64,000 bases of DNA from an uncultured Coxiellaceae bacterium (GTDB taxonomy: Bacteria; Pseudomonadota; Gammaproteobacteria; DSM-16500), in the NCBI GenBank assembly GCA_964480845.1, contig CAYZRM010000001.1, positions 6,402 to 70,401 on the forward strand. Direction: 5' to 3'. The position numbers were made by a program, and so were the translations under genes. The notes below the pieces were generated by a model. It saw only the letters and a list, made by a program, of their open reading frames with translations. It searched no databases and was not told the DNA's origin. This document shows, one piece after another, positions 9,034 through 19,425 of the stretch (the first letter of the stretch is position 1; each line of letters starts with the position of its first letter).

Positions 9034-10170
9034 ATGACCCAGGGATTTTCATTATTTCGCTTATGGGCGCTCATTATTAAAGAATTTACGCAGCTAAAGC
9101 GCGATCATTCTACATTTGCATTGATTATTGGTTTGCCGCTAGTGCAGCTAGTTTTATTTGGTATGGCAATTAATACAAATCCTAAATATTTACCAAGCGC
9201 GTTAATTAATTCTGATGATGGCCCCTTCTCGCGTACGTTGGTACATCAATTAGAGAATACGCAGTATTTTAAATTTAATCACCGCCCAGCAACTGAAAAA
9301 GATGCTCATAAACTAATGGCAACAAATGAGGTGTTATTTACGTTAAATATTCCACCCGATTTTTCTCGAAAGTTAGTACGAGGAGAGTACCCTGCAGCCC
9401 TGTTAGAGGTGGATGGTACTGATCCGGTTTCAGTTGCTTATGCTGTTTCTGCATCAAATACGTTAATGAATAATTTATTTCAGTACGATTTGGTGGGGCC
9501 ATTGGCTGATTTGAATCCGACTAAAGGGCCTGCGGAGCTTCGTATTCACACTAAGTATAATCCTAGTGCAGTGACATCTTATAATATTGTTCCTGGATTG
9601 CTGGGGTTAGTTTTGACCATGACCTTTGTCATGGTTGCTGCGATGGCTCTAACTCGTGAGCAAGAGCGCGGGACGATGGAAAGCCTATTGACCATGCCGC
9701 TATTGCCTTCAGAGGTGATAGTGGGTAAAGCTGGGCCTTTTATTTTGGTGGGGTATGCGCAAACTATCATTGTATTGGTTATTTCTATTTTCTTCTTTGG
9801 TATTCCAGTTAAAGGTAGTATGACCTTGCTATTATTAGCGACATTTCCGTTTATTTTAGCTAATTTATTTGTTGGTATATTGATGTCAACACTCGCTAAA
9901 ACGCAGCTGGAAGCGAGTCAAATTTCCACTTTCTTTTTCTTACCATCTTTACTGCTATCAGGCTTTGCTTTCCCATTTTATGGTATGCCAGGCTGGGCGC
10001 AGTGGATAGGTAATGCGCTTCCATTAACTCATTTTAATCATATAGTCCGTGGTGTCATGTTAAAAGGCATTGGTTGGGGCGATGTATGGCCTGATTTATG
10101 GCCAATTTTGCTGTTTATGTTCGTTATGTTGTTCTTGGCGATGAAGCGATATCGTCAAACCTTGGATTAG
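9034..10170 (+). CDS. ABC-2 type transporter permease (YhhJ/YbhR-like)
   Basis: 378 aa. One N-terminal TM segment, a large periplasmic loop, and 5 C-terminal TM segments (ABC-2 topology). No adjacent ATPase. Confidence 0.75.
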   Translation: MTQGFSLFRLWALIIKEFTQLKRDHSTFALIIGLPLVQLVLFGMAINTNPKYLPSALINSDDGPFSRTLVHQLENTQYFKFNHRPATEKDAHKLMATNEVLFTLNIPPDFSRKLVRGEYPAALLEVDGTDPVSVAYAVSASNTLMNNLFQYDLVGPLADLNPTKGPAELRIHTKYNPSAVTSYNIVPGLLGLVLTMTFVMVAAMALTREQERGTMESLLTMPLLPSEVIVGKAGPFILVGYAQTIIVLVISIFFFGIPVKGSMTLLLLATFPFILANLFVGILMSTLAKTQLEASQISTFFFLPSLLLSGFAFPFYGMPGWAQWIGNALPLTHFNHIVRGVMLKGIGWGDVWPDLWPILLFMFVMLFLAMKRYRQTLD

Positions 10171-10259
10171 GGGAATAACGTAATTGCGCTAACTGAATAA
10201 AATATTTTATAATTTAGTATGGACTAAGGAATCTATTAGCCGATTCATTCAACAGGAGG

Positions 10260-11030
10260 TTGAAATTGAAGTTAATATTTATAGGCGCTGGATCGGCTTT
10301 TACATCCCATTGTGGTAACTACAATTCCAATATGTTGTTGGTTGATGAAGAAAACAATGACAAATTGCTAATAGATTGTGGCTCTGATGCCAGACATGCA
10401 TTAAGTGATCTTGGTTTTTCTTATAAAGATATTTCTAATGTTTATATCAGTCACTTGCATGCTGACCATGCCGGTGGTTTAGAATGGTTGGCACTGACAA
10501 CCAAGTTTGATCCTTCTGCTGATAGGCCAAACTTATTTGCCAATCGCTCAATTATTAAAAATCTTTGGGAAAATACCTTGTCTGGTGGCTTATCTACTAT
10601 ACAGGGTGTCAAAGCAACCTTAGATAGCTTTTTCAAAGTAAATGAAGTGGATAATGATGGTTCTTTCATCTGGAATGATATTTCTTTTCAGACAGTTCAG
10701 ACCGTGCATATTGTCGCTAACTTTGTATTTATGCCTAGCTTTGGCTTAATTTTTACAATTAACGGCACTAAAATATTTATTACCACCGATACGCAATTTG
10801 CACCTAGCCAAATGCGTGATATTTATCGTGATGTTGATTTAATATTTCATGATTGTGAAACAACGGCTGTTGCCAGTGGTGTGCATGCGCAATTTAAAGA
10901 TTTAGCTACCTTAGATGAATCTATTAAAGCAAAGATGTGGTTATATCACTACAATCCAGGTGAGCTGCCAGATGCAAAGGCGCATGGATTTCTAGGTTTT
11001 GTAAAGAGAGGCCAAGTATTCGAGTTTTGA
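10260..11030 (+). CDS. MBL-fold metallo-hydrolase
   Basis: HxHxDH motif ISHLHADHAGG. The TTG at 10260 abuts the AGGAGG Shine-Dalgarno. The second TTG at 10266 has 6-nt spacing and is the more likely start. Confidence 0.75.
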   Translation: MKLKLIFIGAGSAFTSHCGNYNSNMLLVDEENNDKLLIDCGSDARHALSDLGFSYKDISNVYISHLHADHAGGLEWLALTTKFDPSADRPNLFANRSIIKNLWENTLSGGLSTIQGVKATLDSFFKVNEVDNDGSFIWNDISFQTVQTVHIVANFVFMPSFGLIFTINGTKIFITTDTQFAPSQMRDIYRDVDLIFHDCETTAVASGVHAQFKDLATLDESIKAKMWLYHYNPGELPDAKAHGFLGFVKRGQVFEF

Positions 11031-11041
11031 TATTGGTGTGC

Positions 11042-12013
11042 TTATTTAGGAACTAGAAAGTGTTTTAATATAATCTTTTGCAGGCGTGCAATGATAAATT
11101 TCTTCCAATTTGGTATCAGTGCTTGCGTATCTAATACTAGGTCATCCACCGTTCTGGTTTGAAATTGCAAAATATTCTCAGTTTCTGTTGTGTCATACCA
11201 ATTCAAGTAGTAAGGCTTCTCAATAAACTTTTCCCAAGGTATATCTTCTGCCTGTAGCTTACCCAGGTTGCCCATTAATAGTTTAGTGATGTATTCTTTA
11301 TACGTAATTTGATTGTTTTTCCCGCCCGCAATAATAAATATTTTATGCGAAGCGTCTTTTTTAATGAGGGCATGATAAGTCGCAACAGCTAAATCTTTTA
11401 CATGAACAGGTTCTACACGCGTATTCAATGCAATTTGAAAACCGAATTTGACTAAATCTTTATTGGGTACAAAAGTGGGGTTCATGATGACAGAGTAGCG
11501 TAGTATGCGCCAATCTAGCTTTGATGCTTTTAATAGGGATTCGCATTCAATTTTATTGGATGTGTACTGGCTGGTTGCTTTAATCGGATGCGCGGGGGTT
11601 AAGTATATTTCATTCGGGGAGGCATCACCAAAGACAGTGGTTGATGATGAAAATACAAAAGGAATCGTTGGTGCGTATTGTTCTGTTAATCGAATAAGTG
11701 TGCTGGTGCTGCCAACATTGAGCGTATAAGCTTGTTCGGGCTTAAGCTCAGATAGTGGTGGGATAATAAAAGCCAAATGGATGATGCCGGTCAGGGAATA
11801 GTGTTTGAATATAGCTTCTAATTCTTGGGGGTTGGTTAAGTCACCCCAGATGATATCGAGTTTAGATTTGGTTGCTTTATTTTTTAGGAAAGTGGCTATT
11901 TTGGCTGTGTGGGTATTGTGTAAATCAATACCCACAACATCCAGGCCTTCTTCCAATAGCTTTTCAATAACATATTGCGCTGTATTACCACAGGCGCCTG
12001 TTACTAAAATCAT
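11042..12013 (-). CDS. NAD-dependent epimerase/dehydratase family protein (extended SDR)
   Basis: Rossmann motif MILVTGACGNTAQYV and catalytic YxxxK (YTSNK). The start overlaps the upstream stop as ATGA, which suggests translational coupling. Confidence 0.7.
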   Translation of the reverse strand: MILVTGACGNTAQYVIEKLLEEGLDVVGIDLHNTHTAKIATFLKNKATKSKLDIIWGDLTNPQELEAIFKHYSLTGIIHLAFIIPPLSELKPEQAYTLNVGSTSTLIRLTEQYAPTIPFVFSSSTTVFGDASPNEIYLTPAHPIKATSQYTSNKIECESLLKASKLDWRILRYSVIMNPTFVPNKDLVKFGFQIALNTRVEPVHVKDLAVATYHALIKKDASHKIFIIAGGKNNQITYKEYITKLLMGNLGKLQAEDIPWEKFIEKPYYLNWYDTTETENILQFQTRTVDDLVLDTQALIPNWKKFIIARLQKIILKHFLVPK

Positions 12014-12465
12014 CTAGCGCGCTCCCAATTGACGGTTTTACCAAATAGAGGTGCGCCAACATAGGCATGTAGGTAAAGTGTGCGGCCGTCTGGTGAGGTT
12101 GATATTTGGCAGCGGTAAGTCTTGCCACTATCTGTATCTAAAATTGAACCATTTACCCACTTATCGCCTTCTTTTGTAAGGCCCCAAATGATGACCATGC
12201 CCATCTTGGGTTTATTTTTAGCGGATCCTTTGCAGGCTGTACAAAGATCTTTAGGGGTGGCGCCTTTGGTGGGGAGTATCTTTACAATTTGCCCTTGGAG
12301 TTGGCCGCCGCTAGGGTAAATTTTAACGATACTGCGTGGTGTGCCGCTTAAATCGTAGGTTCGCCAAGAGCCAATTGGTGAGGCATCTGCTAAGGCTGTG
12401 GTGAGGGGGATAAAGGTAAGTGTTAAACAAGTAGCAAGTGAGGTAACCCATTGTTTTATAGACAT
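12010..12465 (-). CDS. DUF2147-like secreted protein
   Basis: 151 aa. Signal peptide (…TTALA/DA), then the GSWRTYD...G.PRSIVKIY..GG.L.G.IVKIL pattern I associate with DUF2147. Confidence 0.55.
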   Translation of the reverse strand: MSIKQWVTSLATCLTLTFIPLTTALADASPIGSWRTYDLSGTPRSIVKIYPSGGQLQGQIVKILPTKGATPKDLCTACKGSAKNKPKMGMVIIWGLTKEGDKWVNGSILDTDSGKTYRCQISTSPDGRTLYLHAYVGAPLFGKTVNWERAR

Positions 12466-12483
12466 TATGTATCCTCCTAAAGA

Positions 12484-12510
12484 TTTTCCCGCCCATGATG
12501 GGCGGGAAAA
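12484..12510 (-). terminator. GC-rich hairpin between the FadL-like gene and the DUF2147 gene (attenuator/terminator candidate)
   Basis: ttttcccgccc-atgat-gggcgggaaaa. No clean U-tract after the stem, so the function is uncertain. Confidence 0.35.
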
Positions 12511-12516
12511 TGAGAA

Positions 12517-13860
12517 TTACGCGATGTTCCATAATAATTGTACACCGATTACATCTGCTTGCGTGCTGGTAAAGCCATTTTCAGTGACGCCTGAGTTTCT
12601 ATCTATATGATTTAACCAAGCTTTCTGGCCAAAAGAATGGCTGTATGCAAGGTCTAAGCTGGCTTGCTTGCTCATGTCATAGCGTGTACCCACTGACACA
12701 TTTAGACGCTGTGAATCAGGAATATAGGCTGTTCTATTGGGGCGTTGGGTTGCAATTTCATCGACACCGGCACCGGCACGTAATAACCATTTCTCATTTG
12801 CATGATAGTTGGCTGCTGCTGATAGGCGCCAGGTGTTGCGGAAATACTCATCCTGTGTTGCGTCAACTAGGCCGCTAGGGGCAACTGCGCCAAATGCGTG
12901 AATGGTGCGTAAGCTACTCCATTGCGTGAATTCAGCTGTTCCCATGATAGCCCAACGATTATTGAGTTCGTGATAAGCGCTCAGTGTTGTATAAGCAGGC
13001 ATGGTGATATTAATACGTAAGCTTTCAGAGGTGCTATTCGCTGGGATGAATTGGGCGAGTGCGGGGGTTAAATTGTTGAGTGAGAATTGACTCTTGCCTG
13101 ATAAGTGGTGAACAATTTGTGAGTGAAATGCTAAGCCGATACGTGTTTGTTTATTCACTTCGTAGAGACCACCAATATGTCCGCCATAGCCCCAGCCATT
13201 AGCTTGGTTTTTCTGGTCGGAGTCATTGCTGGTTAAGTATTGGGTATTAACTTTTGCATAGCTGTAAACGCTGAAGTATTGGAAATCAGGTCCTGCACCA
13301 ATAGACCAATGATCATTGATACGATATGCCAAGCTAGGTCCCAGGTTGAGTGAGCGATCGATCGCGGTAATGGTTGTGTAGCGAAGCACAGAATCTTTGC
13401 CATATTTTAGACCCAAACCAAAAGGGGTATTGACGGTCATACCAAAGCGCCATTTTTCATTAATAGGCAAGACGTAGTGAAAGGCGGGGATAACACCTTT
13501 AAAGGTGGAAGTTGTGCTGCTAGTTTCACTGGTGGGTCTTGCTAAAATAGAAGGAGAAGATGGTGAGGGGCTAGGATAGCCAACCCCAGGACTGGTCACT
13601 GTTCCTTTATACTGGATTCTAGGGATAACGCCAATAGCAGAGCCAACAATCTGTTGTTTATCTAAAACAGTCAAAGCAGCTGGATTATAGTAGTTCGTAC
13701 TAGCGTCACCAGCGAGTGCCGCACCACCCGCAAACTGATTACCTAAATCAGCTGCACTATCTAAGCCTAGACGAATACCTGATGCTAGCGTATAGCTTGA
13801 TAGGCTCAATAAGACAATCGATACGCCAGTATTTAAAATCCATTTGCGTGACTTTTCCAT
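12517..13860 (-). CDS. Outer-membrane hydrophobic-compound transport protein (FadL/TodX/OMPP1 family)
   Basis: Signal peptide, then the family N-terminal plug motif ASGIRLGLDSAADLGNQFAGGAALAGDASTNYYNPAAL. Beta-barrel-like alternation ends in LLWNIA. I prefer the ATG at 13860 (AGGAGAG Shine-Dalgarno 5 nt upstream) over the track start at 13884. Confidence 0.8.
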   Translation of the reverse strand: MEKSRKWILNTGVSIVLLSLSSYTLASGIRLGLDSAADLGNQFAGGAALAGDASTNYYNPAALTVLDKQQIVGSAIGVIPRIQYKGTVTSPGVGYPSPSPSSPSILARPTSETSSTTSTFKGVIPAFHYVLPINEKWRFGMTVNTPFGLGLKYGKDSVLRYTTITAIDRSLNLGPSLAYRINDHWSIGAGPDFQYFSVYSYAKVNTQYLTSNDSDQKNQANGWGYGGHIGGLYEVNKQTRIGLAFHSQIVHHLSGKSQFSLNNLTPALAQFIPANSTSESLRINITMPAYTTLSAYHELNNRWAIMGTAEFTQWSSLRTIHAFGAVAPSGLVDATQDEYFRNTWRLSAAANYHANEKWLLRAGAGVDEIATQRPNRTAYIPDSQRLNVSVGTRYDMSKQASLDLAYSHSFGQKAWLNHIDRNSGVTENGFTSTQADVIGVQLLWNIA

Positions 13861-13964
13861 ATGACTCTCCTGGTAACAATCCATGTTGAAGGGTGGTTTA
13901 AGTTATCTATATCTATATGGGAATTAGTATATGTATGTTTTATCTGAGTTGCTAGAAATCTTTG

Positions 13965-16900
13965 CTAGTTAGATTGGCAACGCTTGATATAAAGTGCAGT
14001 GACAGTGTCATTAGGATTGGTTTGAGCTATTTTCTCGAATATTGTTAATGCTTCTGGTTTTTTATTTTCATGATAAAGCTCAACTGCTGTTGAAAAATCA
14101 TTTAAGGTTTTATCTTTTAAGCCGATATTCTCTGCGTTATCTACATCATAAATTTCATAGATGGTAACAGGCTGTGTTTTTCCTTTTACTAGTAGCTGAT
14201 CTATTTTTCGTAAATGGTAGTATTCAGTTGAAGATAAGCGTTTGTATGTTTCCTCTGTTAAAATACAAGGTATGCCATACACTTTTGTTAGGTCCTGTAC
14301 GCGAGATGCCACATTGACCGCATCAGAGATCACCGTTGCATCCATACGGCGGTCGCTACCAACGGTACCCAGCATGAGTGATCCGCTATTTAGACCAATG
14401 CCGATTTTAATATTAATATTTGCCTGTTTTAGATAGGCAGAATTTTCATTATAGCGTCCCAATGTGCTTATCATGTCAATGGCAGCTTGAACGGGGTCTG
14501 CATTAATAGGGAAGAGTGCCATAATGCCATCACCTATGAATTTATCAATAAATCCACCATGTTCAGTGATGCAAGGTCCCATATAGCTTAAATATTCATT
14601 AATAAAATTGAAATTTTCTTCGGGAGATATTTTTTCTGATAATGTAGTAAATCCACGTATATCGCAGAACAAAACAGTCATTTCTTTTTGGATGTTATCA
14701 CCAATATGTACATCGATAATGCTTTGTTTGCCTAGCATATCTAAGAATTCGTGCGGGACAAATCGATCAAGTGCGGTGTAAATCTGAGAGTTGAGCAAAG
14801 AAATAGCTGCTTGACCGGCAATCAGTTGCAATACACTTAATCGATCTGCAGAGAAAGTACCTGCTGTTAGATTGTTTTCAAGATATAAAATGCAAAGTAT
14901 TTCGCCTTGATGAATGACGGGGAAGCATAAAATAGAGATGGGTTTTTTACTGACGATATAAGGGTCTTCGGTAAATATACCTGTTCTTGTTGCATCATCT
15001 AGAACAACTGGCTTTTCATTGCGCTGTACGTGTTTAACAACAGATACACTGATATCTGAGTAGTCTTGCAAAGACATATTTTTAACAATGACGGGTTTAG
15101 CATCTGCTGATTCACATTTGGCTGCAATCATGAATTGATCATTTTGTTTAAGTAGAAGGACAGATCTTGTTGCCCCTGCATTTTCCATCACTATCTTGAT
15201 TAATGATAGTAGTAGTTCATCTAAAACCACCTTACCAGAGATGCTTTGTACTGATTTGATGACGGTCAAAAAGTCTAATGTAGAATCTTTTGTTAAAGAT
15301 GTATTTGTGCTTGTATAAGACCTTGACTTGTCTGTTTTAATTTTATCAAGTTTAATGGAGATTTCAGGGTATTGTTCTGAAATTAGTTTTAATTTAACAA
15401 GGGCCCCCCAGCGTTGATATACTAAAGCTGCTTCTTGTAGATATAACTTGGCATGTCTTGGTTGGCCCGTATGATGATATAGCTTTCCAACAAATTCATT
15501 GGCAATGGCTTCTATCATGGTTAATCCATATTCTCGTGCAGCAACAATAGACTGATCGAATGAGATGAGAGAATTAGTAGCATCGCCTGTTAGGTATTGC
15601 CAGCTACCTAGTAATAATTTGTATTTGGCTTCAAAGTTAGCTGGGCAATGTATTGCCCAGCGTCTAAATCGATTTAGACTAGATTTAATATGTCTTTTGT
15701 ATTTTATCTTTTTCCAAAATGAAGCTGATTGATAACATTTTAAATAAACTAATGCTGAAAAGAAGTAATACTCGGCGGACATAAATAAAGGAACCATATA
15801 AGGTGCTGTAATGTGTGGTTGTATGCGTTTAATAATGCCGATAGAAGATTCCCAATCTTCCAAAATATATGTTCCTATTAAGCATAAAATACCAGCTGAT
15901 CCATAAGTCACTGGGTGAGTATAAGGTATTTTGTTATCAAAAAATTCAGATACACGGAAATCAAAAAATTCTTTTGGCTTTTCATTTTTTAATACAGGTA
16001 ATAAGCGCTCAAATGTTTTGATGCTGCCAAGAGAGTCAAGGTGTTTGGTAAATTCAGGTATCACTGATACCACTTTCAGGCGCTTTTCAATCTCAGATAT
16101 TTCATCGCCTTGCACTAACATCATTTGAGGGATAACGGCTGCTGCATAGCTACTGTAAAGTAAGTCACCTGCCTGGCGGCTGAAGTGGTAAGCTTTGTTT
16201 ATTCGGACAAAGCAATCACGATAAGGTTCTTTCCAGGGGAAGACAAGTACGTCACTGGTAAAATAAATCATACTACGTATGCGGAAGTCATCAAATTTAT
16301 CAGCCACTTGCAAGGCTAATTTAGAAAATTCATGGCCAGTTTCATAGCGATGAAAGCCTGCTACTAAGATCATGCTATAAACAAGATAATTAGTGGAGGA
16401 TGCTGCTGTATAGCCATGAATTAAGCAATACCTTAAATTTTTCAGACCTAAATAAGCCAATAAATTAGGATCGCTCAAATAAGCTGAAGTACAAACTCGT
16501 TCGATGAAATCTACATAGAGTATTTTTTCTGGATCAGTTAATGCAGGTATGCGTAACATGTCATTAATAGTTAATTTTCTAACTGCTAAATATGTTTTAA
16601 TAATTTCTATGAATACTTTCAGATTGCTAGGGTAGCGCTTAGCTGGCATGCCTAACACAGCAAGTCCACGCAAGCCAGAGTCAACAGCTTCTTCCAGCTT
16701 AGACTGCACAGCGTAAGACAATGCTTGTAGCATGATGATGCGCGCTTTATCTAATCTAGTCTTGGCTTTATTAATGAGAATATTAAATTGCTTATCAGCT
16801 TCGTCAAATCGACCTAATAAATGGATAGACTCTGCGTACCCTAAGTGGCAGTCTAACATCATCTGGTAATGATTTTCCCAAGCGTTTATTCCTAATAAAT

Positions 16901-19253
16901 CGATTGTTCTTTCGTAATAAATGGCAGCTGATTCATAAGCAATAGATGTTTTTGCTTTTTCACCGGAACGGAAGTTAAGCTGAGCAACTTCAAATTTTTC
17001 TGAATCATTTGTTAATAGATCAAGGCTTTCATTGAAATGATTGGTAATTTCAAATAAATGCTCATTGATTTCTTCTGGTGTATTGGTTGTTAGCATTAGT
17101 CGACCAATCTTGAGATTAACTTTGCTTAATTGATCGGCTGTTAACATGGTGGCTGCAGATTGTTGAATCCTATCATGTGAAAATCGATATAGTATCGGTT
17201 TTTTTCCAGAGGCATAGTCTGGGTCTGCAATAATTAATTTATAACCGTCAGATAAGGGGATGATCAGGTTGCTTTCAAGGTTTGGCCATAAGTCATTTGC
17301 GGTTTCTTCTAACGATTTCCCATAAATACTGGCTAATGTTTTAAGGTCAAATTGGTTGCCTACACAGGCAGCCATTTGTAATAATTCTTGTGCAGATTTA
17401 GGTAGTTTTTCAATTTTATTGATGACTAAATCAACGACATTATCGGTGATGGTTAATGATTTTAAGGAGGTGATATCCCAGATCCATTCACTGGATTTTG
17501 AATCAAATACTAAATAATTTTCTTCGTACAACATGGTTAAGAAGGTGTTAACGAAAAATGGATTGCCACCTGTTTTGTCTAATATTAGTTCTGCTAGTGG
17601 AGTAACATCTAAATGTGTATTTAAAGTGTCATCCACTAATTCTTTAATGCTGTCTAGTCCAAGCGGTTTTATTTGTATACTGCCCATGGGAACATGCATT
17701 TTTTTCAAATCATCAATCATGTCCAGCAAAGGGTGTCCTGGTTGTGTTTCATTGTCCCGGTATACGCCAATTAGTAACAAATACTTCAAGCTGTCGTCTT
17801 TTAATAACTTTTTGATTAAATCAAGAGAAGCTAAATCTGCCCACTGCATGTCATCTAAGAAAATAACAGTAGGATGCTCCTTCCTTGCGAATGCTTGAAT
17901 AAAATCAAAAAACACTAGTTCAAAGCGATTGCGAGCTTCAGATGGCGGTAATGTGGGTACAGCAGGTTGCTTACCTATCAGCCATTCTACTTCGGGAATA
18001 ACATCAATTAGAATTTGGCCGTTAGATGCCAATGATTTTAAAATCTTATCGCGCCATATTTCAATTTGTGTCTGGTTTTCAGTGAGAATTTGATGAATTA
18101 ATTTTTTGAAGGCTTGTATTAAACCAAAATAAGGTATCTTTTTTTGGAATTGCTCAAATTTGCCGGAAGTAAAATAGCCGTGTTCTTTGATGATTGGTTT
18201 ATGGATCTCATTGATCAGTGATGTTTTGCCAATACCGGGGTAGCCGTATACTAGCAAGAGTTCACGTGAGCCATGGCTAATACGTGAAAAGGTAGCCAGT
18301 AAGTCATCAACCTCAGCTTCACGACCATATAATTTTTCTGGAATTTGTAATCGTCCCGCGTGATCTTTTTCACCTAAGGGGAAATCAATAATCTCATGTT
18401 TTTCTTTCCATGCTGTCGCAAATCGTTCTAAATCTGCTACTAAACCATTAGCTGTTGAATATCTATCTTCTGGTTTTTTGGCAAGTAATTTCATAATAAT
18501 ATTGGATATTACGAGAGGGATTTCGGGATCTAGTTCTGCTGGTGATTTAGGTTGTTTTGCAATATGACAATGTACCCATTCCATTGCATCTTCTGCGTGA
18601 AAAGGCAGCTTGCTTGTTAAGAGTTCGTAGAAGGTAATGCCTAAAGAGTATAAATCAGTACGATGATCCACAGCATGATTCATACGCGTTGTTTGTTCTG
18701 GTGACATATAGGCTAATGTGCCTTCCAAGCCTTCAGGGCTCACAATCTGTTGGTTTTCGTGAGAAAGTTGGGTTGATATGCCAAAATCAATTAACTTAAT
18801 TTGGTTCAAGCCACGAGTCACAATAATATTGGCAGGCTTGATATCTTTATGAATGATATTTTGCGTATGTAATTCATAAAGGGTGCGCGCTAGCGGTAGC
18901 GCTAATTCTAGGAAGAGGTCTATCTTTAAGGCGATTTTATTGCCAACAATATCATTCAATTTAGGAATAACATGGCTTAATGTCGTGCTGTCTTGAATAT
19001 CTTCTAAGACCAGTACGTAGCTATACCCGCTTTTATCTAGGCTGTAAGCCTTAATAACACCATTAGAATTAATTTTTTTTAGTAAGTTATATTCATGTTT
19101 TAGTTGAGAAATGTCTTCAACAGAGGGGTACTCGGCATTCAAAATTTTGAGTATAACAGGCATGTTGTCCTTTCTACGCAAACCATGGTAGATACTGGTT
19201 TTTGTATTAGAATCAATATGCGCTATGATTTTATACCCTGGTAAGCTAACCAT
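13965..19253 (-). CDS. Multidomain signalling protein: Ser/Thr-kinase-like domain + STAND/AAA NTPase + helical/TPR region + GAF + class III adenylyl/guanylyl cyclase + TPR
   Basis: 1762 aa.
- Kinase-like domain: VILK, HKDIKPANII (~18828..18860), DFG, YMSPEQ. The glycine-rich loop is degenerate (IDSNTKTSIY).
- NTPase: Walker A GYPGIGKTS (~18219..18250) and Walker B VIFLDDMQWAD.
- GAF at ~14785..15280.
- Cyclase at ~14190..14700: VLFCDIRGFTTLSE, FIGDGIMALF, GTVGSDRRMDATVISDAVNVASR. Confidence 0.85.
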   Translation of the reverse strand: MVSLPGYKIIAHIDSNTKTSIYHGLRRKDNMPVILKILNAEYPSVEDISQLKHEYNLLKKINSNGVIKAYSLDKSGYSYVLVLEDIQDSTTLSHVIPKLNDIVGNKIALKIDLFLELALPLARTLYELHTQNIIHKDIKPANIIVTRGLNQIKLIDFGISTQLSHENQQIVSPEGLEGTLAYMSPEQTTRMNHAVDHRTDLYSLGITFYELLTSKLPFHAEDAMEWVHCHIAKQPKSPAELDPEIPLVISNIIMKLLAKKPEDRYSTANGLVADLERFATAWKEKHEIIDFPLGEKDHAGRLQIPEKLYGREAEVDDLLATFSRISHGSRELLLVYGYPGIGKTSLINEIHKPIIKEHGYFTSGKFEQFQKKIPYFGLIQAFKKLIHQILTENQTQIEIWRDKILKSLASNGQILIDVIPEVEWLIGKQPAVPTLPPSEARNRFELVFFDFIQAFARKEHPTVIFLDDMQWADLASLDLIKKLLKDDSLKYLLLIGVYRDNETQPGHPLLDMIDDLKKMHVPMGSIQIKPLGLDSIKELVDDTLNTHLDVTPLAELILDKTGGNPFFVNTFLTMLYEENYLVFDSKSSEWIWDITSLKSLTITDNVVDLVINKIEKLPKSAQELLQMAACVGNQFDLKTLASIYGKSLEETANDLWPNLESNLIIPLSDGYKLIIADPDYASGKKPILYRFSHDRIQQSAATMLTADQLSKVNLKIGRLMLTTNTPEEINEHLFEITNHFNESLDLLTNDSEKFEVAQLNFRSGEKAKTSIAYESAAIYYERTIDLLGINAWENHYQMMLDCHLGYAESIHLLGRFDEADKQFNILINKAKTRLDKARIIMLQALSYAVQSKLEEAVDSGLRGLAVLGMPAKRYPSNLKVFIEIIKTYLAVRKLTINDMLRIPALTDPEKILYVDFIERVCTSAYLSDPNLLAYLGLKNLRYCLIHGYTAASSTNYLVYSMILVAGFHRYETGHEFSKLALQVADKFDDFRIRSMIYFTSDVLVFPWKEPYRDCFVRINKAYHFSRQAGDLLYSSYAAAVIPQMMLVQGDEISEIEKRLKVVSVIPEFTKHLDSLGSIKTFERLLPVLKNEKPKEFFDFRVSEFFDNKIPYTHPVTYGSAGILCLIGTYILEDWESSIGIIKRIQPHITAPYMVPLFMSAEYYFFSALVYLKCYQSASFWKKIKYKRHIKSSLNRFRRWAIHCPANFEAKYKLLLGSWQYLTGDATNSLISFDQSIVAAREYGLTMIEAIANEFVGKLYHHTGQPRHAKLYLQEAALVYQRWGALVKLKLISEQYPEISIKLDKIKTDKSRSYTSTNTSLTKDSTLDFLTVIKSVQSISGKVVLDELLLSLIKIVMENAGATRSVLLLKQNDQFMIAAKCESADAKPVIVKNMSLQDYSDISVSVVKHVQRNEKPVVLDDATRTGIFTEDPYIVSKKPISILCFPVIHQGEILCILYLENNLTAGTFSADRLSVLQLIAGQAAISLLNSQIYTALDRFVPHEFLDMLGKQSIIDVHIGDNIQKEMTVLFCDIRGFTTLSEKISPEENFNFINEYLSYMGPCITEHGGFIDKFIGDGIMALFPINADPVQAAIDMISTLGRYNENSAYLKQANINIKIGIGLNSGSLMLGTVGSDRRMDATVISDAVNVASRVQDLTKVYGIPCILTEETYKRLSSTEYYHLRKIDQLLVKGKTQPVTIYEIYDVDNAENIGLKDKTLNDFSTAVELYHENKKPEALTIFEKIAQTNPNDTVTALYIKRCQSN

Positions 19254-19425
19254 TGCTTATTTAGCCCTCAACCTTAAGCATAATATTCCTTTGCAATTTT
19301 CATTATACTCGAATATTTGGCATAACTGGCAAAAAAAGAGTGGTAGTCTTTTCAGTTGCTTAAGTTGGGCAATGATTTATGATAAACTTATGAAGGATAG
19401 CAGGAGCTATTTTGTGGGGGCAAGG

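Noticed and set aside
17533-17898. 121-aa plus-strand ORF
   Set aside because: It is antisense within the kinase-cyclase gene.
19225-19425. N-terminal 67-aa extension of the HlyD-family ORF (track start 19225)
   Set aside because: The extension overlaps the start of the divergent 1762-aa gene. The internal ATG at 19426 gives a canonical lipoprotein signal peptide (LVGC).
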